A DNA stretch of 64,000 nucleotides from Octopus sinensis (lineage: Eukaryota): NCBI RefSeq assembly GCF_006345805.1, contig NC_043016.1, positions 29,946,001 through 30,010,000 on the forward strand, read 5' to 3'. Positions within the stretch are counted from its first letter, which is position 1. Each line of letters opens with the position of its first letter. This document shows, one piece after another, positions 28,290 through 39,573 of this stretch. The position numbers and the translations under genes are program-made. The notes beneath the pieces were generated by a model that saw nothing but the letters and a program-made list of their open reading frames with translations, ran no database searches and was not told where the DNA came from.

Positions 28290-29511
28290 TATCTATACAA
28301 TATGTTACATTACTCGGTAGTCAAGATAAAACTCTGAGTTTCAGATGCCGAAGTGGAAATCCACAACACCATCTCTTCGGTTATCTGGCTATTTGAAAAC
28401 GTTATGAAAAAATACCGTTAAAAATGAAGGGAAATTACTCTGTTATAACTCTGCTTTGCCTGCGTACTTATACATCGCTCGCATTTTTCGTCATAAAAAT
28501 TATATAAAAATACATAAAAATATATAAAAATATATAAATTCTTCTTGGGACATAACATAGAAAGCCTGTTCTATCCGATTTCTTTAGGGGACCAAAAACG
28601 TAACAGAAATTTAGTCACATGTGGGCATGATCCGAAAAACTCTGTCCTTGTATTTAGACATGTGGTAGGGTCTAAGCTGCTTTTCCAGATAAGCCATCTC
28701 TCCATGTCGCATAAACCGCACCTTCCGCTGCCGTTAGTATAGGGCTTACATCTGGCCAAAATCTTCCATTGTATGTATAATCGACACCTTTATCTCTTAA
28801 AGACCAAATATGATTGGATAATTGTGTCGCTTTTCTTTTGTTCCAGTGCCTAAAGCTCAAAGTGTGGTTATTGAACCTGGCCTTGAAATTACCCTCTGTA
28901 AGGCCCACGTATTTCTTCGTCGAAACGGTGTCTTTAGTGGTTATAGAGTTTACGGTAGCTTCATATATGATGGTCTTGGACATGCAAGCTCCATTTAGCG
29001 GGCACAATTCTTTATTCCTGCATGAACAGCTGTTTTCTTCTTGTGTTTTTTGTATGTTATGATTGATTATGTTTTTAAAATTGGTAGTTGAACTAAAACT
29101 AATTTTTAAATTGTGTCTATTGAAGAGTTTCCTATAAGCATGGTTAACTGGAAAATGTCTATCTATCAGTGCTAGGAATATTTACCTATATTGAAGGCCA
29201 CCTCGGGTGAGTAAGGGGGTGTAAACCAGATGACCTTCCTATTTCTATTCTTCCTTTTCCTTACTGTTGGGCTAGTGATAGGTGTATATTTTATTTTTTC
29301 GCTAAAACCACTATCTTTTAAAGCTTTATTATAAACTGGGGCAACGCTATTGAAGATGTCCTCATTAGATGAGAGGCTAGAAATCCTCTTACTAATATTT
29401 TTAACTAAATTTTTGAATACTATAGGGGGATGGCATGAACCTACATTAATATAACTTAGTCTATCATTGGGCTTCCTATAAGGCTTATAAATATTATTAT
29501 TAAGATCTAAG
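28290..29511 (-). mobile_element. Inverted partial copy of the same Penelope-like element
   Basis: Reverse complement of about 29654-30870 with few differences. ORFs 28672-29007 and 28571-28759 encode the same GIY-YIG peptide, split by a 1-nt deletion. Confidence 0.93.
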
Positions 29512-30935
29512 ATGATGCCCTCGCCTTAACAGCTAATACAAATGGACCAGCACAAGATCGTTTTAGGAAGGATATTATCCAGTTAATGAAACACTTCGGA
29601 CTTAGTATAACTATAGACACTAACCTGACGGTTGTCAATTTCTTAGACGTTTCCTTAGATCTTAAAAATATTTATAAGCCTTATAGGAAGCCCAATGATA
29701 GACTAAGTTATATTAATGTAGGTTCATGCCATCCCCCTATAGTATTCAAAAATTTAGTTAAAAATATTAGTAAGAGGATTTCTAGCCTCTCATCTAATGA
29801 GGACATCTTCAATAGCGTTGCCCCAGTTTATAATAAAGCTTTAAAAGATAGTGGTTTTAGTGAAAAAATAAAATATACACCTATCACTAGCCCAACAGTA
29901 AGGAAAAGGAAGAATAGAAATAGGAAGGTCATCTGGTTTACGCCCCCTTACTCACCCGAGGTGGCCTTCAATATAGGTAAATATTTCCTAGCACTGATAG
30001 ATAGACATTTTCCAGTTAACCATGCTTATAGGAAACTCTTCAATAGACACAATTTAAAAATTAGTTTTAGTTCAACTACCAATTTTAAAAACATAATCAA
30101 TCATAACATACAAAAAACACAAGAAGAAAACAGCTGTTCATGCAGGAATAAAGAATTGTGCCCGCTAAATGGAGCTTGCATGTCCAAGACCATCATATAT
30201 GAAGCTACCGTAAACTCTATAACCACTAAAGACACCGTTTCGACGAAGAAATACGTGGGCCTTACAGAGGGTAATTTCAAGGCCAGGTTCAATAACCACA
30301 CTTTGAGCTTTAGGCACTGGAACAAAAGAAAAGCGACACAATTATCCAATCATATTTGGTCTTTAAGAGATAAAGGTGTCGATTATAACATACAATGGAA
30401 GATTTTGGCCAGATGTAAGCCCTATACTAACGGCAGCGGAAGGTGCGGTTTATGCGACATGGAGAGATAGCTTATCTGGAAAAGCAGCTTAGACCCTACC
30501 ACATGTCTAAATACAAGGACAGAGTTTTTCGGATCATGCCCACATGTGACTAAATTTCTGTTACGTTTTTGGTCCCCTAAAGAAAACGGATAGAACATGC
30601 TTTCTGTGTTATGTCCCAAGAATTTATATATTTTTATATATTTTATGTATTTTTATATAATTTTTATGACGAAAAATGCGAGCGATGTATAAATACGCAG
30701 GCAAAGCAGAGTTATAACAGAGTAATTTCCCTTCATTTTTAACGGTATTTTTTCATAACGTTTTCAAATAGCCAGATAACCGAAGAGATGGTGTTGTGGA
30801 TTTCCACTTCGGCATCTGAAACTCAGAGTTTTATCTTGACTACCGAGTAATGTAACATATTGTATAGATAAATTTCCTCTATTTACATAATATTGAGGTC
30901 TCTTTCTTTCTTTTGTTATCTTACTGTTTTATCAA
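29511..30935 (+). mobile_element. Penelope-like retroelement, 5'-truncated (RT C-terminal part + GIY-YIG endonuclease + 3' pLTR)
   Basis: In frame from 29511: DDALAL...VNFLDVSLDL..YKPYRKPND..YINVGSCHPP (RT palm end/thumb), WFTPPYS, CSC..CPL.GAC, IIYEATV..KKYVGLT..FKARFNNH (GIY-YIG), CGLC. There is a premature TAG at 30468-30470; the natural stop is at 30591-30593. Ends in (TA)n. Confidence 0.92.
30774..30836 (+). ncRNA. Type I hammerhead-ribozyme-like motif with variant core in the Penelope pLTR (mirror copy at 28324-28386, minus strand)
   Basis: AGATAA-CCGAAGA-GATG...CATC-T-GAAA-CTC-A-GAG-TT-TTATCT gives stem I, a CUGANGA-like core with U4->C, stem II, GAAA, a short stem III and a GUU triplet. 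Penelope pLTRs are known to carry minimal hammerheads. Confidence 0.65.
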
Positions 30936-31116
30936 TATATATATATATATATATATATTTCTCAATACTGACTCACAAATATGAAAATTACAAAACTAAA
31001 TTTTATCAACCCTGAGAAGACAAAATGCAATGTTGACCTTGGCAGAATTCAATAACAGTGTAAAAGTACTAAGACACAACCAAGATTGACCTATTTTAAC
31101 TTCTCGTGAACAAAGA

Positions 31117-31428
31117 GGATCTAAGAATTTTTGTCTAAAACACTTTGGTCCTATGGTCTAAAGTGACTTGTATAAATACACTATAGTCTAAAGACATTTT
31201 TGTCTAAATGCCATTTAGTATAAAGACATTTTTGTCTAAATTCACTTTGTTCTAATAACTATTTTGTCTAAAGAATTTTTTTAAAAATGTAAAAGATCTA
31301 AATAACTATACTTTAATGATCTGTTTTGTCTTTTGACAAAAATATTTAAATGAAAGTGTCTTTGGTGAAAATGCTTTTAAAACCAAAGTGTCTAAGACTA
31401 AAGTGGTTTAGACCAAAATGCTGTATCC
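31117..31428. mobile_element. Foldback/MULE-like non-autonomous element with ~15-bp subterminal repeats
   Basis: GGAT...ATCC termini. GACATTTTGTCTAAA-like units on the left are inverted on the right. Imperfect 9-bp TSD GAACAAAGA/CAACAAAGG. Confidence 0.6.
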
Positions 31429-32113
31429 CAACAAAGGTGACCACCACAATTCAACACGCTTTGTCTGCAAAATTAACATTCTAAGTTGCCAAATTCCTAA
31501 ACCTATCTTTGAAATCGATTTAGAATTCAGCATTGTAGCTATAAGTTAAAGCTTTTAAGTTCAAATCTTGCTAGTAATAAAGGCTATAAGTTAAGTAGTG
31601 GGGTCTGATTATGCCGGTGGCACGTAAAAAGCACCATCCGAATCGTGGCCGAGGCCAGTGCCGCCTCGACTGGCTTCCGTGCCGGTGGCACATAAAATGC
31701 ACCAATCCGACCGTGGCCGTTACCAGCCTTGCCTGGCACCTGTGCAGGTGGCACGTAAAAAGCACCCACTACACTCACGGAGTGGTTGGCATTAGGAAGG
31801 GCATCCAGCTGTAGAAACACTGCCAGATAAGACTGGAGCCTGGTGCAGCCTTCTGGCTTCCCAGATCCCCGGTCGAACCGTCCAACTTATGCTAGCATGG
31901 AGAACGGACGATGAAATCTGAGGTCATGTACCAAAATTTAGAACTCATATAATTATCATTGCTCAAATCCACAGTTTCAAATCTAGCCAAAGTCAACTTT
32001 GTCTTTCATCCTTTCAGAGTTGATAAAACAAAGTAGTATTTATAATATTAAAGGTCAATTTGATCAACTAAACCCTAACTACAAATTTCAAGTATACACA
32101 CATATATTATATA

Positions 32114-33030
32114 CCAGCTTAAAAGCTGCCCGATAGGCCGGTTTTTAAGCTAGCTCCTGTGGAGGGCTCTTTATTGGGCCTTGGGCCCAACAATGACGCT
32201 TCATGCATTGAGTACATATTAAACCCGACCAATTTTCATTAAAACAACTTGGAACTTATTGCAAAGCTGCATGATTAACAACATTTTTCTGTCTTCTCAT
32301 TCAGGGGTCAGTACAATTTCTTTTTCTATCTAACTTTTCTCTCTCTCTTTTTCTATTGATTGTTTTCAACCATCACCATCACCAGTACCACCACAACTAT
32401 CATACACACGTTATTCAGATTTCTGATGCCACCACCATCAATACCTTTGACTTTGTGCTTTCCCCTCCACCACCATCGCCACTGTCTTTCATATCACTAT
32501 CACTGTCATCCCTGACTGCCTCGGCTACCACCACCATCATCACTGTCACCTCCACCACTATCACATCATCATCATCATCATCATCATCGATTAACGTCCG
32601 TTTTCCATGCTGGCAAAGGTTGGACGGTTTGACTGAGGTCTGAAGAGCCAGCGGCTACACCAGGCTCTAATCTTGTCTGGCAGAGTTCCTACAGCTTGAT
32701 GCCCTTCCTAACGCCAACCACTCTGAGAGTGTAGTGAGTGCTTTTTACGTGTCACCAGCACAGGAGCCAGTAAGGCAGGCCTGGCAATGATCACATTCAG
32801 ATGGTGCTTTTTACATGCCACCAGTACAGGAACCAGAGGGTACTGGCATTGGTCAGCTCATACTATTACCATCACAATCGTCAATTTACTACTGCCCTCA
32901 CTGTCTTTATGCCTACTATTACTCTTACCCCAACATGAGGAATAGTAGAAGTGTCATTGAAAAGTGGGGGGGAGGTCAAAGTGTGACACACTGACACAGA
33001 GAAATTCATTTTGGCATTTATTATTATAGA
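32114..33030 (-). mobile_element. Non-autonomous Helitron-like element with a nested RTE tail
   Basis: The minus strand starts A|TCTATAATAATAA and ends with a hairpin then CTGG|T (CTRR). Inserted in an AT dinucleotide with no TSD. Confidence 0.55.
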
Positions 33031-33816
33031 TGTGTGTAGAAGGTTGAGTACATAATGGTATTGAACAGACTATTGAATGTTGTTATATACCGTGCGTAAC
33101 AGTCCACTTCCTCAGATTATTTTGGCTTTCAAATAATGCCACCCTACTGGCTGAGTGTGCAGGCCAACATTCCCTGTGAATGGAATACCAGTCCATCACT
33201 GAATCCCCCATTTACAGCTAAGTAGTCTAAAGCACCATGAAATGAAATGTATTGCTCAAAAAACATAATTCACAGCCAGTCTAAGAACCAAACCCATGGT
33301 CTCGTGATCATGAGTTCAACACCTTAACCACCAAGCCATGCACCAAAACATACATACATGCACATGTACATATAAATGTTATCCATAAGATATAGACACA
33401 TGCATATGGATGTATGCACTGCCGGTATATAAACTACATATAATCTATCTATCTATATATGTGTATATATATAAAACATGTTCAGTACAATTTTGAGGAA
33501 ACTAGACAAAAAACATAAAATTGAAAAGGAAAACAGTAAATGTTTTTACTGTTTAATGCAAGCTGCACAGTAAAACTGTGCAAGAATTTCAAGAAGATTA
33601 GCATTTACCTCTCAGTACAGTTGTTTGACCTACATATATTGTAACTGAGCATCAACCTGATGTTAATCCAATCACATGAAAAAGTGCAGATGATAGGAAT
33701 GATCAGACGGTGTGATAATCTAACTTAAATCCATTGAAGATTACTTTGATAAGCAATACAAAATGATTTCTTACCAAAATGGCTTTAATCAAACCAACAA
33801 GGGGGACCTCTAACCC

Positions 33817-34313
33817 AGACGTTCTAAACCAGAGTTCACATGAGATTTGGTGGGGATCCACAGATAGCATTTTAACCTTTTAGCATTCAAACTGGTCATA
33901 TCTGGCCCAAAATGTTCTTTCCGTTTCACGTTCTCAATGGCTAGATCTGGCCACTCACATCTATTCAAATCATAAATGATCACATCACAGAAGTCTCTTG
34001 GCTACAAGATAATGGATGATTAGTTGCAAACTATGTGAATGAATATGCATAACATTCGAGAGAGTAATCTGAATGCTAAATGGTTCATGGTCCATAAAAA
34101 AATCTTGATTTGGATGTATTTATTGCAAAAAACAACCAAACGTCTTTCTCTAATATTTTACATACTTCAACCTACACAAGTTAATGTGTAGGAACTTTGA
34201 AAGAAGTGTGTATAAAACTAATTTTAAACATCAAATGGCTATGGGGATCCACAGAATAAAATAGTAATCAAAGGGGTCCATAGATAAAAAAAAAAAGAGG
34301 TTGAGAACCACTG
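33817..34313. mobile_element. hAT-type MITE containing a nested piggyBac-type MITE
   Basis: Right end GGTTGAGAACCACTG, decayed left end CAGACGTTCTAAACC and internal GGGGATCCAC repeats. Confidence 0.55.
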
Positions 34314-37300
34314 CTTTAACTAGTCACTTGACCTGCTAGAAATAGCAGTTAATTTCCTTTGAGTTTTATTCTAAAAAGGACAAGGCACATTATACACCAA
34401 AATATAAAACAGATGAAGTGTTTAGAGTTAGAATGTCTTTCATTATAGATCTACTCAGTTAGGACTGACCTGAGGCTAAACAACAACAGCAATAGTTCTT
34501 TCATTTGTCTATTGTTGCCCTAACTTTCAAAATAAGTTTATGTCATTCTCAGATTAGTAATCAAGATTAAAAAAAAAAAAGTCATGCTGATCAGTTATCA
34601 TAGATGAATATCTATTTAAGACTAAATACCTTATTGGATTACATGAGTAGATCTAATCATAACACATGCCAGTAATGCTGGTATAAATCACAATCATTGT
34701 AGATCAAATTGTTGACAAAGAAGTTAGCTATCAGTCCAAGATGTTACCAATAGTCACTCAGACAAATTTGGTCATTAGTCAGGAACAATATCTTCAGTAT
34801 GAAATCTATTAAACATCCAGCGGTTGTTAGCAACAATCTTTGCAAACAAACACGACTTATTATTCTGACTGAAACTGAATAAATCAAATCTTGTAAGTAA
34901 ATATATTCAAAGTTCCTTGAAGCACAAATTTACCAAGTTCTTGAATAACTATGGAGACCCATAAAAAGCTAGAGCCGAATAGAAAGGTAAAACTGTATTA
35001 GGAACTAATTTAGATGCTGTTCCAAAGAGAACAGTACTTAAATGTGGCAAAATCAGAAGACAATTAATTAGAATGGATCTTCTAATTGCTACCATGTATG
35101 AATCAAGTTCTTCAAATAATAAATCTGTCAGTCAGATGTACTATCATAATACTAGGTGAAATAGCTAATAGTTCAGTAAGATATTGAATTTGGTTGATAA
35201 AACATGAACTTACTATTCTCAAAAAGAAACAGTTTTTTTGTTTTTAATGTTAGCATCTACATTAAAAGGGAATGGAACTTCTGGTTAAATCAAGAAACCA
35301 CCAAGTACTTTCAGAATGGCTGTTTTCAATCATTATTCCTGCCTTCAACATGGGCTGAAGAACATCATGTACATACAAAAGAGATATCAGCTTACTATCT
35401 TTGCCTCTAAACTGCTCAACAACTTCAAAGACCTACTGGTTCTTTTAAGAATAAAATGAATTTCAACCAACCCAAGAATTTACTGACCATATCTTTAGAT
35501 TTTGTCAACTGTCTGAGTAAAGGCTCTTTCAAATGATCGCCCATACTTACTTTCATTAATGAAAAAGTGTGTCCCTAAAGTTCCTGATTGTTGTCTAATA
35601 TTTCTTTTCCAATTCACAAGCGATGTTTCTTTAAATTGCAACTTTCCCTGCTCATTCTTTTTCAACTTTGTGAATCAATGCAATTATAACAACTCCTTCT
35701 CCCACTCAATGCTGTCTTATTTAACTCAGATCCCACTTATCTCAAATTATGAAGCACTGCACACTTTTAAAGTAAATTGCTGTTTGAAGTACTAAGTAAA
35801 TTCCCTTCAACCCTACTCCTACTAGCTTTTTAATAAACCTTTCTACTTGAGATATGTCATTTGTCTCTGGCAGCATTATCATCATCATCATCATCATCAT
35901 TTAATGTTCCCCCTTCCATGCTGGCATGGGCTGTATTTGTTTTGGTAGGGTTTTTATGGCTGGATGCCCTTCCTAATGCCAACCACTCCACAGAGTGGAC
36001 TGATTGCTTTTTATGTGGCACAAGCATAGGTGAGGTCAGTTTTGGCATGTTTTTTACAGTTGGATGCCCTTCCAAAAGCCAACCACTTCACAGTGTGAAC
36101 TGAATACTTTTTAAGTGGCACCAGCACCTGCAGGGTCACCTAGTAACTTGCAATGACAATGATAAAGAAAGTGCAAGGACTTGAAAGATTAACATGACTT
36201 GCCAGTCAGACATAGAGCCCCTGCATGTTGCACAAAAAAAATTAGCCACAACTGTTTCCAGAATAAGGGTCTAATTGGCTGATAATAAGTAGCTGATTAT
36301 AATACTTTTCACTTGCTGAGATATAAAGAAATTATTAAAAATATCAGATAAAAAATAAAACAATCCTTGATTATTAAAAAAAACACAATGATCAATTAAT
36401 GACTGTCAACTTCAGTTATGCTGGCATTTATCACCTTCCAGATTTGAACCAATGACATCAACAGTTCGAAATGTTAACCAGCCTTGGAGTTATTGGCATC
36501 TGTTCTTGTAACCATTTTCTTTCAATTGATACTATTTTGATCCCTTTTCACCCATTTTTTTCCGATAGTTCCTTTCAAGACAATTTCTATAACTCTGAGG
36601 ATATTCCAAAATCAAGGAAGCTGCAATTATAACACATTAATACACAATTCTTAGTCATTACTTAGACCTATGACAGCCATGATCCAACAATCAAAAATGC
36701 TCCTATTCATGACAAACCCTGTCTGCTCTTCAAACATAGTATATCTAAAACTACATTATCTGATGTGTCAATCCTTTTACAAGACACCAAGGTGTGAGAT
36801 TTGGCTGTGATTTCTAACAGATGAAGTAAACCTGTAGAGGCTCTTTCAGTGACTCTATCCGGCTTGTAGTTGATGATGAGGAAGATGAGTACATATTAGA
36901 AAGTATTACTTAAGTTGGAAGAGACTTAATAACACTTAATAACAGAGTCAAAGTTCATGAACATGTTGGCAATAAATTTCAATTATATTGTAAGATAGCC
37001 AATAATCTAATATACAGAATAATGTATGATGAACATGACAGAATGAATGCACTCTATACAAAAAAAAACATTAAAAACAAAAATTATGTTCTGAAATACA
37101 TATATTATAAAGTATGAGTTATTGCTCTAACTTAAAAACTGCTGAGGTGGCTTTTGCTAACACAAGCTTTACGAAGAAACATTACTGTAGAAATAGGCTG
37201 GACAGGACACATATACACAAAAACTGCAGGCATAGCTGTGTGGTAAGAAGTTTGCTTCACAACCACATGGCCCTGAGTTCAAATTCACAGCAGGGCACCT

Positions 37301-39286
37301 TGGGCAAGTGTCTTTTACAATAGCCACAGGCCAGCCAAAACCTTGTGAGTGGATTTGGTGGATGAAATCTAAAAGAAGGCTATTGTGTATATAAACAGTG
37401 TGTGTTTATGTCCAAAACTTAGTGTTTCAGTAAAAGTGACTGATATAATAAGTACCAGGCTTAAAAAAAAAGTATCATGGTTGATTAATTTGAGTTAAAG
37501 TACCTTAAGGCAGTGCCCCAGCATGGCTGCAGTCTAATGACTAAAATGAGTAAAAGGTATTAATAATAAAGACCCATGTTAAAATCTTGTGTGTGTGTGT
37601 GTGCTAAGTGGTTGGAATCGGGAAGGGCATCCAGCAGGAGATACCATGCCAAAACAGACACTAGAGCTTGACACAGCCCTCTGGCTTATCTGTTTATGTC
37701 GAACCATCCACCCCATGCCAGTATGGTAATAGGGATGATAAATGATGATATCATCATCATATATAATGTTCATTTTGCCATGCCTGAATGGATCGGATGG
37801 AATTTGTTGAAGCAGATTTTTCTAAAGCCTGATGCTCTTCCCATCACCAACCCTCACCTGTTTCCAAGTAAAGTAATATTTCCCCATGGCCAGACATGGT
37901 TTTACAGAAGACTGGAAATGAACATCACTTGTATGAAGGTGAAACTCATTTGCAATTAACTACCACAATATCAAAACAATGGTTCACACATATATACATA
38001 TTCTTTTATTCATCTCAGTCATTTGATTGCGGCTTGGCTGGAGCACCGTCTTTTGTCGAACAAATTGACCCCAGGACTTATTTTTTGTAAGCCCAGTATT
38101 TATTCTATCAGTTTCTTTTGCTGCACCACTAAGTTACAGGAAAGTAAAAACACCAGCATCAGTTGTCAAGCAATGGTGGGGAAACAAACAGAGACACACA
38201 CACACACACTCATATACGACAGGCTTCTTTCAGTTTCTGTCTACCAAATCCACTCACAAAGCTTTGGTCAGCCCGAGGCTATAGTAGAAGACACTTTCCG
38301 CTGTGGGATTAAACCCACAATCATGTGGTTGGGAAGCAAGCTTGATACTGCACAGCCACTACGCGATATCATATGAAGGAAAGGCATAAATGCAGTTAAG
38401 CACTAAGCATATTTCCAAAGCAGAAAACATCCATATCATAAGTTTAAAATAACCCCATAATTTATGATGTAATCCACCACTTTGACAGGTGCAAACCGCC
38501 AGGTATCAAACCTTATGTCAAACTGGTTATCAAAACATTATAAGAAAGAAGGAAAAAGCTATACTGAGTGGGAGCAGTAAGAGGCTTCATAAGATATGAG
38601 AAAAGCTGGTGTGTGTGCATGTGTGTGTGTTATTTCTGTTTCTATGAGAAATGACTTTTTTGTTATTAATGAACTTTTTGATTCTTTTACTATTCTGTTC
38701 GTTTATTATTTATTTTATCTACTTCAATTTATAAATGCTCCTTTCTTGTGAGTTCAAAATTTGTTTTCATTGGCGTCCACTTGATGCAGTTATCTAATCA
38801 GCGGGTCGAAAGCCATGCCACCTTGAATATACAATGTACATAAATTATGTAGAGAAGGAATTGGTATCTTTGAGATCCCATACCATTTCTGCGTTTGTCA
38901 AATCTATAGAGAAGATGTGTGATTAACTTATGCTGCTTTAAGTGGTTTCAATTCTTGGACCTTTGTGTCTATGAGCAAAGAACATCATTTCACTTGCCTC
39001 AATCCACACAGCAGCTGAAAAATCAGTGCCAGCAACAACTGAGGATACGAGAAAGGTAACCCTGCAACTGGCAGGTACCTCATATTGGAGGGATTCTGGG
39101 TTCTTGCACTCTTGTTAACAATATAGAAAACCATGAAAAAGTTCCACCTAATGAGCTTTATCTTCCTGACAACCATTATTACATTTAATATGTATGCATA
39201 TATTACACAAATATATACATGTGTGTATGCACACACAAATATAAGCAGGTTTTGCATCTTTCACTTTCCTTTGGTGTACCTCTTGC

Positions 39287-39573
39287 CAGTGGCGAACTGG
39301 GTCTAAAAATATTGGCTGCCAGGAGACTAAGGGGGCCCACCCGCAACTACAATGCTATCATTTAATTTCTTTTTTGTTAAAAGCATTCTTTTCAACTGTC
39401 TACAAAACACAGCCTGGTTGAAATAATGCATTCTTCCAGGGGTGAATAAAACATTCTCAAACTTGAGGAGATGGGCCCCTTAGATACTAACATGGACCCC
39501 CATATATGGATTCTAATGGCACAGGAGCCCACTTGTCATCGAGCAAGCTGGCAGCCTGGCCAGTCCACTACTG
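39287..39573. mobile_element. Non-autonomous hAT element
   Basis: Perfect 8-bp TSD CCTCTTGC (39279-39286, 39574-39581) and TIRs CAGTGGCGAACTGG / CCAGTCCACTACTG. Confidence 0.88.

Noticed and set aside
28814-30619. Duplicated small ORFs (MDNCVAF..., MGHN...)
   Set aside because: Antisense shadows of the Penelope ORF in the two arms.
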